Of a stretch of 53,982 nucleotides of DNA, positions 40,013 through 49,858 are shown in pieces. A program made the position numbers and the translations under genes. The DNA lies in the NCBI GenBank assembly GCA_027592745.1, contig JAQCLG010000003.1, positions 1 through 53,982 on the forward strand, read 5' to 3'. The notes under the pieces were generated by a model. It saw only the letters and a program-made list of their open reading frames with translations, was not told where the DNA came from and did not search any database. The DNA is from Pseudomonadota bacterium (lineage in GTDB: Bacteria > Pseudomonadota > Alphaproteobacteria > SP197). Positions within the stretch are counted from its first letter, which is position 1. Each line of letters opens with the position of its first letter.

Positions 40013-41515
40013 TCAGGCGCGGCGGTGCTCGGGGCCGTTGGGCTCCAGGCGGATGCCTTCGCGCAGATGGCGATAGTCCAGCCCGACCAGGCGGCAGGGA
40101 TGCTCGCCCGGCGATTCGACGACGATGGTGCGCGCCGCGATGGGATCGTAGTCGGCGCGGAAGTGGACGGTGCTTTTCACGACCAGGATCTTCTGCTCGG
40201 TGGGTTCGACGCCGATGTGGCGGAAGCAGGCCTGGTCGAGGTTCTGGAAGCGGCGGCTGGAGACCACGATGCGGACATCGCAATCGGCGCCGACCACCGA
40301 AAGCACCGCCATGGGACCGAGATGGGCCGTGGCGCCGCGATACATCTCGCCGGTGCAGGGAAAGATGCCGTCGCTCAGCGCCTCGACCTTGAAACGGGCG
40401 CGGAAGGGATGCTGGCCGGGCCGTCCCGACTTGCCGCCGAGCGGCGCATCGAACTCCGTGCCGATGCCCTGGGCATGGGCCTCGCGCGCCACCTCGGCGT
40501 CCCACAGCAGCCCGAGTGCGGCCTTGCACGCGTGGTTGCGCACGAGGGCCTCGAGCACGCCGACGGTGTCGGAGGTGCCGCCCGCACCCGGGTTGTCCTG
40601 GGCATCGGCCAGCACGATGGGACCCGATGGCGCGGCCATGGCCGCCTGCACGGCCTCGTCCTCCGACATCATGGCATTGTCGAAATCGCCCTCGGCCTCG
40701 ATGAAGGCGCCCATCAGCATGTCGACGGCGCGCTGCGCGACGGCGGGATCGGGATCGTAGGCGACCGCGGCAGGGCCGCATTCGAGAATGTCGGCGGGCG
40801 GGAAGGCCAGGGCTAGGTCGACGCAGGCGGTGCCTTCCAGCTCCAGCCCGGTCACCATGTCGTAGAACCCGCGGTTGGGCCGGGCGTCGGTCCACTGCGC
40901 GGTGAGCGGCACCAGGAACGGCGACTTGCGGAACCCCTTGGCCATCTTCTCGCCGGCCAGCAGACGCTGCAGCAGGCGATAGACGCGCTGGCCGGTCTGT
41001 TCCATGTCGACATGGGGATAGGTGCGGTAGATCGACATGGCGTCGGAAACTGCCACCATGCGCTCAGTGATGTTGGCATGGAGGTCGAGGCTGTTGACCA
41101 GCGGCACGCCGGAACCGATGACCTTGCGCACCCGCGCCAGCGTCTCACCCTCGCCGTCCTGGTGATGCTCGACCGCCATGGCGCCGTGCAGGTCGAGGAA
41201 GACCGCGTCGACGGGGCCGGCCTTCTGCAGTTCCTCGACCATCATGCCCGTGATGCGCTCGAAGGCATCCTCTGTCACGTAGGAGGAGGGTTCGGCCGAG
41301 GCCCAAGTCAGGGGCACCAGTTCGTGACCGTCGGCGCGGGCGGCCTCGATGAAACCCCAGAGGGCGAGGTTGATGCCGGCCACCGCATCGAGCAGCTCGG
41401 GGCCGCGCACCAGGCCCGGCCAGGCATCCTGCATCTCGAACTCCGCGAAACCCGCGTTGGTCGAGGCAAAGGTGTTGGTCTCGTGCTGGAAACCGCCGAC
41501 TGCGATGCGCGCCAT
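40013..41515 (-). CDS. M81/MlrC family metallopeptidase
   Basis: HETNTF, LDLHGAM, DGEGE, LDLHAN, YRTYPHVD, DNPGAG and VVKSTVHFRA. Confidence 0.93.
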   Translation of the reverse strand: MARIAVGGFQHETNTFASTNAGFAEFEMQDAWPGLVRGPELLDAVAGINLALWGFIEAARADGHELVPLTWASAEPSSYVTEDAFERITGMMVEELQKAGPVDAVFLDLHGAMAVEHHQDGEGETLARVRKVIGSGVPLVNSLDLHANITERMVAVSDAMSIYRTYPHVDMEQTGQRVYRLLQRLLAGEKMAKGFRKSPFLVPLTAQWTDARPNRGFYDMVTGLELEGTACVDLALAFPPADILECGPAAVAYDPDPAVAQRAVDMLMGAFIEAEGDFDNAMMSEDEAVQAAMAAPSGPIVLADAQDNPGAGGTSDTVGVLEALVRNHACKAALGLLWDAEVAREAHAQGIGTEFDAPLGGKSGRPGQHPFRARFKVEALSDGIFPCTGEMYRGATAHLGPMAVLSVVGADCDVRIVVSSRRFQNLDQACFRHIGVEPTEQKILVVKSTVHFRADYDPIAARTIVVESPGEHPCRLVGLDYRHLREGIRLEPNGPEHRRA

Positions 41516-41607
41516 GAAATCCTCCCGTCAGGCGGCCGGATCGTCGCCCGACAGGCCGCCGCTGTCCATGACCGAAAGGCGTTGCGGCCTGCGCCGGCTT
41601 CCCGGCC

Positions 41608-42861
41608 TCAGGCCAGCGGTTCGAGGTTGGCGCCGTGGCGGATGCGCCGGCGCGCGCCCTCCTCTGCCTGCGCATCGCGCTGCGGTCCGGCGAGCGCGAC
41701 CATGCGTTCGGCGCGGAAGTTGCCGTAGACCGGTTCGGGTTCGCCCTCCAGGCCCAGGGCGCGGACGCGGGCCGGGTTCTCGATCTTGCGCGTGACGTGG
41801 TCGGCGTGCTGGGCGGCCAGCTCGTCGGCCGAGAAGGGTTCCAGGTGGATCGCGCCCGCCGCCGCGGCCTCGGCCACCAGCTTCTCGCCGGCCTTCGTGC
41901 GCGCGATGAAGAGGTTGGCGCCGCCAGCTTCCTCGTGGATCGGCTTGCCATCGACCATGACCCAGGAATCGGGACAGGAGACATCGGCCAGTTCGCCGAT
42001 CGCGTCCGGGCAGATCTTGCAGCGGAACTGGATGTCGTATTTCCAGGGCTTGCGCTCGTCGTACCAGACCTCGTCGTAGGAGAGGTCGAAGACGCGGCCG
42101 TCATGGGTTTCCGTATGGGTCGGGCCGGGCCAGCCGTTGCCGCGCCAACGGAAGACCGAGACCTCCTGCGCGGCGACGCCATGGTAACCCGCGACCTTGC
42201 GCGCGGTCTGTTCGGTCGGCAGGCCGCCGCAGAAGATGGTGATGAGGAAGGGCACCTGGGTTTCGACCCGGGCATCGATCCTGCCGAGATTGCGGATCGC
42301 GGCGACGTCGCAGGGTTTGGCCAGAACGGCAAAACGCAGGCCCTGGTCGAGCAGGTCCATGACATGGCGCAGCGGTGCCGCCGGGCCGTAGCGCGACTGC
42401 GCACCGGAGCGGACTTGCGCCGGCGTGCGGCTGACCAGGGCATCGGTCTCGAAGGGTTGTTCGGTCGAGGCGCGGACCTGGACCACGGCATCGACCTGGC
42501 CGGTTTCCAGCAGGTAGCAGCCCAGCGCGGTCATGGCGCCGCCGGCAGCCGAGGCAAATCGCAGGTCCTCGTCGGTCGACCAGCCCCGCGCCATGGTGCG
42601 GATCGGGCCCCAGATGTCGTGCATCTGCCCCTTGTCGGCGACCTGTTCGGGATCGGGTCCGGTGACGGTGATGCCGGGGCAGACGGCGCGGATCCTGTCC
42701 ATGGTCGCCTCGTCCAGCTCCTCGCGGACCTGCGGGCGCATCTGGGAGTAGGAGGTGAGCTGCATCTCGACCCGCTCGCGCCCGGCAATCGATTCGCACA
42801 GGCCGCAGGAGGCGCACAAGCCATGGGCGACGATGGTCTGGAGATCGGGAAACGCGGTCAT
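41608..42861 (-). CDS. FrhB/FdhB family (F420 hydrogenase beta-like) Fe-S flavoprotein
   Basis: CASCGLC, VCPG, AAGGAMT, QSRY, KPCD, IFCGG and RCKICPD..GELADVS..DSW. Confidence 0.88.
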   Translation of the reverse strand: MTAFPDLQTIVAHGLCASCGLCESIAGRERVEMQLTSYSQMRPQVREELDEATMDRIRAVCPGITVTGPDPEQVADKGQMHDIWGPIRTMARGWSTDEDLRFASAAGGAMTALGCYLLETGQVDAVVQVRASTEQPFETDALVSRTPAQVRSGAQSRYGPAAPLRHVMDLLDQGLRFAVLAKPCDVAAIRNLGRIDARVETQVPFLITIFCGGLPTEQTARKVAGYHGVAAQEVSVFRWRGNGWPGPTHTETHDGRVFDLSYDEVWYDERKPWKYDIQFRCKICPDAIGELADVSCPDSWVMVDGKPIHEEAGGANLFIARTKAGEKLVAEAAAAGAIHLEPFSADELAAQHADHVTRKIENPARVRALGLEGEPEPVYGNFRAERMVALAGPQRDAQAEEGARRRIRHGANLEPLA

Positions 42862-42888
42862 GGGGACTCTCAGGGCTGGCAGGCGCGA

Positions 42889-45114
42889 TCAGGCGATGGC
42901 GCGGGCTGGCGGGCGGGAGGCATCGAAACCCTCGAAGGGCGCGGGGTCCAGGAAGCGGCGCACGACATTGCCCATCAGGCGGGCGACGTTGTTGTCGAAG
43001 CCGTTGACCGGGAGCGATCCGGCAAAGGCGATGGAGCCGGTGGAGAACACGGCCCCTCCCCCCTCGATCTCGAAGAAGGTGATGTCGGCGTGGACGAACG
43101 GGTGGCCGTGGCCGATGACCGGCTGGTTGGAGGTCATCTCCTCGGTCACCACCAGCATGCCCTCGCTGTGGCCGAAGGAACGGGCCAGCACCAGGGTGTG
43201 GGCCGGCGTGCCCAGGGCGACATCGGCGCGGTCGAGTTCCAGGCCCGCGGCGCCGCCGCCGACAAGGCCGAAGTCGCCGATGACCTGCTCGTCGATGCCC
43301 TCGAAGATGAAGGCCGCGCGCGGGTCGGCGGCATCGGGCAGGCGGCGGTAGGGGCTGGAGAAATCGAAACCCTGGGCGGTGAAGCCGACCCCGGTGAGCG
43401 CCTGGGGCGTGCGCCCGCTGCGCCGCCACAGGCCGCCGTACTCGCCGGTGAAACTCATGAAGTATTCGCCGACCTCGGCGACCCAGGAGCGCGTGCCGCC
43501 CTCGGTCTTGCAGCATTCGATGACGCCCGGTTTGCTCGGATGGTAGGCGATGCGCCAGTAGAAGCCGTTGGCGCCGGTGTAGATCAGCCGTCCGCCGCGC
43601 TGCGTGTAGGCCGCGATGGCGTCGAGCATCTCTGCCGTGTGGTATTCGGGATGGGTGCCGGTGACGACCATGCTGTAACCGTCGAGCACGCCGACACCCT
43701 CGGCATGCAGCTCCTCGTCGGTGACGACATCGAAGGCAAAACCCTCGTGCTCCATCCAGGAGAGGATGTGGGTGTCGGCAGCCAGGCCCCAGACGCGCAC
43801 GCGCGGGCGCATGTTGAGCACCGGGCGCAGGCGCGAGCTGATGCTGACGCCGCTGCCGTCCGAATGGGTGTCGTAGGTCGAGAGGCCATACTCGCTGTGG
43901 GCCTGCAGGAAACAGTCGGCCCGGGTCATCACCGTGGCGCGGAACTGCTTCATCTCCACCGCATCGTTGCGGAAATGGCGGCCGGAATTGGCATAGGCCA
44001 TGTAGGTCGCGGTCGAGAGCAGGAAGCAGATCGGCGCCTGGCGCGTGCCGCGCGGCGGCACCACGGCGAAGGGCACGAACTCCTCGCCGTCCTCGCAGGT
44101 CAGCTGCAGGGCGTAGAGGGCGCTGCGCGTGCCGGCCGGCACGGTCCAGCGATGGCTCTCGTCCCAGCCGGCGTCATAGACATCGTCGTCGTGGAAGTGG
44201 ATCGCGCCGTACTCGGCCGGTGCATGGCGCCAGCACATCTCGCGCCCGCTCCAGCCCGCGCCGCGCACCGCCCGTTCGGGCAGGTGGACGGTCTGCCCAT
44301 GGTGGCCGTTGCCGCTGACATCTTCCAGGTGCTCGCCGGAGATGCCGCGGGAGAAGTCCCAGGCCGCAACCACGGCAGCGCCGCCGTCACCGGCGATCTC
44401 CGCCGCATCCAGAGCGCGGGACGACAGGCGCGGCGCCTCGATGCGGCCGTTGAAGCAGCCGTCATGGTAGCCGCGGCCGTCCTCGTGGGCACGGTGCCAG
44501 GCGGCGATCAGCAGAGGCCCCTCGCGCCCGACGGGATCGAGGGTGAGGACCCGGCGCACGACGACGCCGCGGCCACCGTCGAGCGGTTCCTGGCGCAATT
44601 CCACGGTGGCCGTGCCGGCATCGAAGCTCGCCGAGACGCGGTACCAGGCGCGCGCCACCATGGGCACGCCGGTGGTCACGACCGTGCTCGCCCGGCCATC
44701 GCCCGCGATCAGGCCCAGGGCGCCATCGTCGCCGACGATCAGGCTGGTTCCGGTGTGGCTGCTCTGCGACCAGGTACCGAGGATGGCCTGCCTGCCCTTG
44801 TCCGGGGTCGTGGGCATGACCAGGGCCTGCAGGGTGAGGCTGGCGCAGGCAAAGGCGGGCGAGGCCGGCACGAGGCCGTGGGAGCCGGCATGGATCACCT
44901 GCGGCCGCCCCGGATGGCGACCCTCCAGGGCCGAAACCACGGGCTCGGCACGGAACGGCGCACCGCGCGGGTTGTCGTCGGCGCAGACCAGGCGGACGAC
45001 CCGCGTGTCGTGGGCCTCCGGCCCCTCGCAGCTGACGTGGAAACGGATGGTCTCGCCGGGCCGGACCGAGATGCGGTCGCTGTAGGCGTTGAGCGGGCGG
45101 TGCCCTATTTCCAC
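42889..45114 (-). CDS. N,N-dimethylformamidase large subunit family, copy 4
   Basis: AYSDRISVRPG, YGAIHFHDDDV, TATYMAYAN, GLSTYDTHSDGSGV, GTHPEY, GANGFYW and GLELD. Confidence 0.92.
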   Translation of the reverse strand: MEIGHRPLNAYSDRISVRPGETIRFHVSCEGPEAHDTRVVRLVCADDNPRGAPFRAEPVVSALEGRHPGRPQVIHAGSHGLVPASPAFACASLTLQALVMPTTPDKGRQAILGTWSQSSHTGTSLIVGDDGALGLIAGDGRASTVVTTGVPMVARAWYRVSASFDAGTATVELRQEPLDGGRGVVVRRVLTLDPVGREGPLLIAAWHRAHEDGRGYHDGCFNGRIEAPRLSSRALDAAEIAGDGGAAVVAAWDFSRGISGEHLEDVSGNGHHGQTVHLPERAVRGAGWSGREMCWRHAPAEYGAIHFHDDDVYDAGWDESHRWTVPAGTRSALYALQLTCEDGEEFVPFAVVPPRGTRQAPICFLLSTATYMAYANSGRHFRNDAVEMKQFRATVMTRADCFLQAHSEYGLSTYDTHSDGSGVSISSRLRPVLNMRPRVRVWGLAADTHILSWMEHEGFAFDVVTDEELHAEGVGVLDGYSMVVTGTHPEYHTAEMLDAIAAYTQRGGRLIYTGANGFYWRIAYHPSKPGVIECCKTEGGTRSWVAEVGEYFMSFTGEYGGLWRRSGRTPQALTGVGFTAQGFDFSSPYRRLPDAADPRAAFIFEGIDEQVIGDFGLVGGGAAGLELDRADVALGTPAHTLVLARSFGHSEGMLVVTEEMTSNQPVIGHGHPFVHADITFFEIEGGGAVFSTGSIAFAGSLPVNGFDNNVARLMGNVVRRFLDPAPFEGFDASRPPARAIA

Positions 45115-46106
45115 ACCGCCTCCGCGACCCGCATGAAGTTGCCGCCCAGGATGGCGACGACATCGTCCTCCTTGTACTGGCGGCGCAGCAGTTCCTCGGT
45201 CAGTTCGAGGATCTGGCGGGGATGGGCGCAGTCGACCGAGGGATAGTCGTACTGCGCCTTGGGCCAGTAGTCGGGCGCCGATTCCAGCACCGAACCCAGG
45301 CCCTCGTCGCCGCCCTCGCTCTCGAAGGCGTAGTCGAGGCCAATGCCGACGTGGGAGGGGCCCACCAGATTGACGTAGTGATCGATGTGGTCGGCCAGGG
45401 TCGCGGTGCGGATGTCGTTGTTGCCGAGGAAGATGCCGATGCCGACGATGCCGACGACACCGCCTGTCGCCGCGCAGGCCTTGACCTGGTCATCGTAGAT
45501 GTTGCGCTCGTGATCCCACAGCTCGCGCGAGTTGGAGTGGGAGAAGATGCAGGGCGCGCTGGAAAGCGCCATCGCCTCCATGGTCGTGCGGTGGGAACAG
45601 TGCGAGAGGTCGACGATCATGCCCAGCCGGTTCATCTCGCCGATCACCGCCCGGCCGAAGTCGGAAAGACCCTCGTTGCCGTTGTGGCAGCCGCCGCCGG
45701 CCAGGTTGTTCTTGTTGTAGGCGAACAGCATCTGGCGCACGCCCAAGGCATGGTAGAGCTCGACCATGTCGAGAGAGCCGTCGAGGCAGTTCATGCCTTC
45801 CAGATCGAAGGTGACGGCAAGGTCGCCGTCCTTCTTGGCCTGCCGGACCTCGGCGACCGAGGTCACGAGGCGGTAGCCGTCCGTGGCGCGGATCCAGCGG
45901 CGGAAGGCGGCCAGCGACTTGACGGTCATGCGCCAGTCCATGACGTCGTAGCCGACATCGATGGAGAGATAGTCGACACCCGCGTCCTTCCAGATCTGCA
46001 GCTTGGAGAGATCGACCGAGGGATCGGGGCCGAAACCGGCATGGTCGTCCCAGACGACGTGGTTCTCGAACAGCCGCCTGGCGGCGGCCTGGGGATTGTC
46101 CGGCAT
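45105..46106 (-). CDS. Membrane dipeptidase (M19) family amidohydrolase, second copy
   Basis: WDDH, FDLEG, AYNKNN, MNRLGMIVDLSH, FSHSN, HERNI, HVGIGLD and LGGNF; GGAGG RBS. Confidence 0.9.
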   Translation of the reverse strand: MPDNPQAAARRLFENHVVWDDHAGFGPDPSVDLSKLQIWKDAGVDYLSIDVGYDVMDWRMTVKSLAAFRRWIRATDGYRLVTSVAEVRQAKKDGDLAVTFDLEGMNCLDGSLDMVELYHALGVRQMLFAYNKNNLAGGGCHNGNEGLSDFGRAVIGEMNRLGMIVDLSHCSHRTTMEAMALSSAPCIFSHSNSRELWDHERNIYDDQVKACAATGGVVGIVGIGIFLGNNDIRTATLADHIDHYVNLVGPSHVGIGLDYAFESEGGDEGLGSVLESAPDYWPKAQYDYPSVDCAHPRQILELTEELLRRQYKEDDVVAILGGNFMRVAEAVWK

Positions 46107-46269
46107 GAAACCCTCCTGCATCGGGGGGCAGTCTAGACCTGCCCCGGCCGGCTTGACGAGGGGGAGCATGTCGCCCCGGGGACCAGTTTCGGCTTGGCCT
46201 GCGGGCCTGGCCGCGGCAGGATCGAACAGGGAGCCGGCAGACGCCGTGATGCCATCAGGGGAGACGACC

Positions 46270-47784
46270 ATGACCGTTCTGGAGACCTTCAAGCAGCTTT
46301 CGGGCGCCATCCATCTGGACGGCGCGTTGCGCAAGAGCGCGGCGACCGAGGGTTTCGACGGCATCGATCCGGCGACCGAGGAGGTCACCGGCGAACTGGC
46401 CTATGCCAGGGTCGAGGAGGTCGACGAGGCGGTCGAGGTCGCCCGGCGTGCCCAGCGCGAGTGGAACCGCATGAACATGCTCAAGCGGTCCGAGCTGCTG
46501 CACGAGGTCGCCCAAAAGTTCCGCCACAACGTCGGCAAACTCGCCGAGGCGCTGACCCGCGAGATGGGCAAGCCCTACAAGGAATCGGCCGACGAGGTGG
46601 AGTGGACCGCCACCGCCTTCGACTACTACGCCGAGATCGCGCGCCACGAGAACGGCCGCGTCGTGGGCCCGGTGGTCGACGGCCAGTTCCACGTCGTCAC
46701 CAAACACCCGCTCGGCGTCGTCGGCATCATCCTGCCGTTCAACTTCCCCTATGTGCTGTTCGGCTGGGAGGCCGGTGCGGCGCTGGGCGCGGGCAATGCG
46801 GTGATCCTGAAGCCTTCCGAACTCACCAGCTTCTCCTCGCTGATGATGATGGAGTGTTTCGACCACCTGCCGCGCGGCCTGGTGCAGTGCATCACCGGCG
46901 CGGCCGAGGTCGGCAAGCGGCTCGTGGGCCACGAGGGCGTCGACGGCGTCGCCTTCACGGGCTCGATCCCGGCGGGCCAGGCGGTCGCCCAGACCTGCGC
47001 GACGACCTTCAAGCGCTGCCTGGTCGAGGCCTCGGGCAACGATCCCTTCATCGTCATGCCCTCGGCCAAGCTCGACATGGCGGCCCAGGGCGCGGTGTTC
47101 TCGGCCTATCTCAACTGCGGCCAGGTCTGCGCCGCGGCCGAACGTTTCTACATCCACGCCGAAGTGCACGACGCCTTCGTCGAGGAGACGGTGAAGCTGA
47201 CGCGGAAGCTGCGCATCGGCAACGGCCTCGACAAGGTCGACATCGGGCCGATGGCCGCGCAGCGCGAGCGCGACCGCTACGAGGGCCTGCTGGCCCGCGC
47301 GATCGACGGCGGCGCGAAGGTGGCGACGGGCGGCGGTCGCCCTGACGGCTTCAACAAGGGCTACTTCTGCGACGCCACGATCCTGACCGACTGCACGCCC
47401 GACATGGAGATCCTCAACACCGAGAGCTTCGGCCCGGTGATGCCGATCTGCCGCGTCGGCAGCTTCGACGAGGCGCTGGAACACGCCAACCGCTCGAAGT
47501 ACGCGCTGGGTTCGTTCATCTACACCAACGACCTCAGCGAGACGATGCGTGCGCTCGAGGAGCTGGAGGCCGGCATGACCTGGGTCAATTCCAGCTCCCT
47601 GCTCGACAACGACGCCGGCCCCTTCGGCGGGCGCAAGATGTCAGGCACGGGACGCCAGCTCGGCTCGGAAGGCATCGACCAGTTCCGCCACAGCAAGTTC
47701 TCGATGATCGACCACGAGAGCAAGCCGGCCGACTTCTGGTGGTATCCCTACAAGGACGCCGAGGCCTACAAGGGCAAGCGCTAG
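46270..47784 (+). CDS. Aldehyde dehydrogenase family protein
   Basis: PFNFP, LKPSE, FTGS, EASGND, NCGQVC, ESFGP and PFGGRKMSG. Confidence 0.93.
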   Translation: MTVLETFKQLSGAIHLDGALRKSAATEGFDGIDPATEEVTGELAYARVEEVDEAVEVARRAQREWNRMNMLKRSELLHEVAQKFRHNVGKLAEALTREMGKPYKESADEVEWTATAFDYYAEIARHENGRVVGPVVDGQFHVVTKHPLGVVGIILPFNFPYVLFGWEAGAALGAGNAVILKPSELTSFSSLMMMECFDHLPRGLVQCITGAAEVGKRLVGHEGVDGVAFTGSIPAGQAVAQTCATTFKRCLVEASGNDPFIVMPSAKLDMAAQGAVFSAYLNCGQVCAAAERFYIHAEVHDAFVEETVKLTRKLRIGNGLDKVDIGPMAAQRERDRYEGLLARAIDGGAKVATGGGRPDGFNKGYFCDATILTDCTPDMEILNTESFGPVMPICRVGSFDEALEHANRSKYALGSFIYTNDLSETMRALEELEAGMTWVNSSSLLDNDAGPFGGRKMSGTGRQLGSEGIDQFRHSKFSMIDHESKPADFWWYPYKDAEAYKGKR

Positions 47785-48680
47785 CGGCGCAGCGCCTTGA
47801 TGCGCTGGTCGCGGCGGCGCTTGAGCAGGACGTAGCTCACGGCCGCGACGATCGTGATGGCGACGAAGATGACGCCGATGGCGTTGACCACGGGCGAAAG
47901 CCCGAAGCGCATGCGCGCGCCGATTTCGGTGACCAGGGTCCAGTTGCCGCCGATCGCGAAGAAGGTGGTGTTGTAGTTCTCGATCGACTGCAGGAAGGCG
48001 ATCACGGCCGCCGTGGCGATGGTCGGCATCAGGAAGGGCAGCGTGATGCGCTGGAAGACCAGGAACGAGGAGGCACCGAGATCGAAGCCGGCCTCCTCCA
48101 GGCCGCGGTCCTGGCGCTGCAGGCGGGCCATGAACATCAGCATGCAGTAGGAGCCGATGAAGACCGACTGGGCGATCATGGCGGTGAAGAGGCCGGCCTC
48201 GACGCCGAACATGTCGCGCCAGAAGATCATGGTGGAGACGCCCAGCACGATGCCGGGCATCAGCATGGGCGAGACCAGCAGGGTGTAGAGCAGCGTGCTT
48301 GCCTTCGATTCCAGCCGTGTCAGCAGCAGGGCGCCCGACAGCCCCAGCGGGATCGAGATGGCGATGACGCCGAGCGCGATCAGCAGGGAGTGCCACAGGC
48401 CCTGCAGGAAACGCGCGTCCTGGGGCAGGCCGCGCACGGTGACGTTGCCTGCCTCGTCGGTGGCACCGGTGAACCATTGCAGGGTGAAGCCGCGCCAGTC
48501 GCTGACCGAGGGCGTGTCGTTGGCGTTGAAGGCCGCCAGGACCATGATGCCCAGGGGCACGAAGAGGTAGAGGAAGAAGAGGCCGATGTAGGCGTTGAGC
48601 ACGACATCGCCCCAGTCGATGCCGAGCGCCCGCCGCTCGTCCTGCCCCTGCTCCCGGCCCTGCTGCGCGAGCGCGGTCAT
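47781..48680 (-). CDS. Polyamine-type ABC transporter permease (PotC-like)
   Basis: FLYLFVPL, GFTLQWF and LEEAGFDLGAS EAA motif. Confidence 0.9.
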   Translation of the reverse strand: MTALAQQGREQGQDERRALGIDWGDVVLNAYIGLFFLYLFVPLGIMVLAAFNANDTPSVSDWRGFTLQWFTGATDEAGNVTVRGLPQDARFLQGLWHSLLIALGVIAISIPLGLSGALLLTRLESKASTLLYTLLVSPMLMPGIVLGVSTMIFWRDMFGVEAGLFTAMIAQSVFIGSYCMLMFMARLQRQDRGLEEAGFDLGASSFLVFQRITLPFLMPTIATAAVIAFLQSIENYNTTFFAIGGNWTLVTEIGARMRFGLSPVVNAIGVIFVAITIVAAVSYVLLKRRRDQRIKALRR

Positions 48681-49858
48681 TTCGCGATGTCCCGGATGCC
48701 GACGCGGAAGACGACCATGTTGACCAGGATGAAGCCGGTGCAGGCGGCCAGCAGCGCCAGCGAATAGGCCGAGCCGATGTTCCAGTTCCCGGCCTCGAAG
48801 AAGTTCCGGTAGATCACCTGGCTGAACCAGTCGGGGTGCAGGCCCGGGCCGACCAGGCCCGGCACGGCGATGGAACCGGCCGCCAGCATGAAGGTCATGA
48901 TCGAGCCGACCGCGATGCCGGGCTTGGCATAGGGCAGCACGACGCGCAGGTGGGTGCGCAGCAGCGAGGCGCCGAGATCCTTGGAGGCCTCGATCTGGTT
49001 GCGGTCCAGCGTCTCGATCGTGTTGTACATGGGGAAGACCATGAACAGAATGTAGGCGTAGACCATGACGCAGAAGACCGCGCCGTTGGAGGCGAGCCAG
49101 CGGATCGGCTCGCCCTGCGCCATGTCGATCAGGCCCAGGGCGTCGAGCGTCGTGTTGAGCATGCCCTCGTTGGCCAGGATCATGGTCCAGGCGAAGATGC
49201 GCAGCAGTTCGTTGATCGCATAGGGGATGAGCAGGCCGAGCATCAGCATCGCCGCACGCTCGCGGTTGGGCGTCTGGGCGACCGTGTAGGCGATGGGATA
49301 GCAGACCACGAAACAGATCAGCGTGACGCAGAAGGAATAAAGCAGCGTCATGCCGAAGATGCGCAGGTGCAGGCCGCTCATGGTCGTGAAGTTGCGCATG
49401 GAGTAGCCGCTGGCGGCCTCCTGCTCGGCCATGAGGCGGGTCTCTTCCTCCTCCATGGCGGCGAGATCGGCCTGGAGGCCGGCGACCTGGGCTTCCAGTG
49501 TCGCGATCTGGTCCTCGACGCTTTCAGTCCCGGCGGCCGAAGGGCTGGGCACGGCCAGGCCGGAACCGGCGGTGTTGTCCTCGCCGATCTTGGCGCCCGG
49601 CGCGACACCGACGGACGCGCCGGCACCCGCCTGCTGCCGGAGCACCTGGATGTCGTATTCCAGGGTGTAGATCTGCTGGTAGAGGCGGTCGACATCGACC
49701 TGGCTCTGGATCGCGGCACCGCCACGCGGCTCGTAGATGAAGGCGCGCTCGATCATGTTGAGCTGCGGCAGGGCGATCAGCGCGACCAGCCAGAGGGCGA
49801 CGATGCCCAGCAACAGGCTCGCCAGGACGGCGCCGTAGCTGCGGTAGAGGCTACTCAC
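48677..49858 (-). CDS. Polyamine-type ABC transporter permease (PotB-like) with periplasmic coiled-coil insertion
   Basis: YPIAY, LRIFAW and IEASKDLGA EAA motif; GTG start inferred. Confidence 0.88.
   Translation of the reverse strand: MSSLYRSYGAVLASLLLGIVALWLVALIALPQLNMIERAFIYEPRGGAAIQSQVDVDRLYQQIYTLEYDIQVLRQQAGAGASVGVAPGAKIGEDNTAGSGLAVPSPSAAGTESVEDQIATLEAQVAGLQADLAAMEEEETRLMAEQEAASGYSMRNFTTMSGLHLRIFGMTLLYSFCVTLICFVVCYPIAYTVAQTPNRERAAMLMLGLLIPYAINELLRIFAWTMILANEGMLNTTLDALGLIDMAQGEPIRWLASNGAVFCVMVYAYILFMVFPMYNTIETLDRNQIEASKDLGASLLRTHLRVVLPYAKPGIAVGSIMTFMLAAGSIAVPGLVGPGLHPDWFSQVIYRNFFEAGNWNIGSAYSLALLAACTGFILVNMVVFRVGIRDIAK

Noticed and set aside
40013-41515. Microcystin degradation cluster
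   Set aside because: mlrA, mlrB and mlrD are absent, and M81 proteins are widespread with other substrates.
41608-42861. F420-reducing hydrogenase
   Set aside because: There are no frhA/frhG, maturation or F420 biosynthesis genes in the window; only the beta-like fold is supported.
41635-45246. Very long opposite-strand or alternate-frame ORFs (41635-45246, 13129-14778, 20391-22925, and the N-terminal parts of 26478-30089, 25684-28473 and 300-2393)
   Set aside because: They shadow well-supported genes, are Arg/Gly/Ala-rich without motifs, and are expected in high-GC DNA. Only the C-terminal parts with real motifs were kept.
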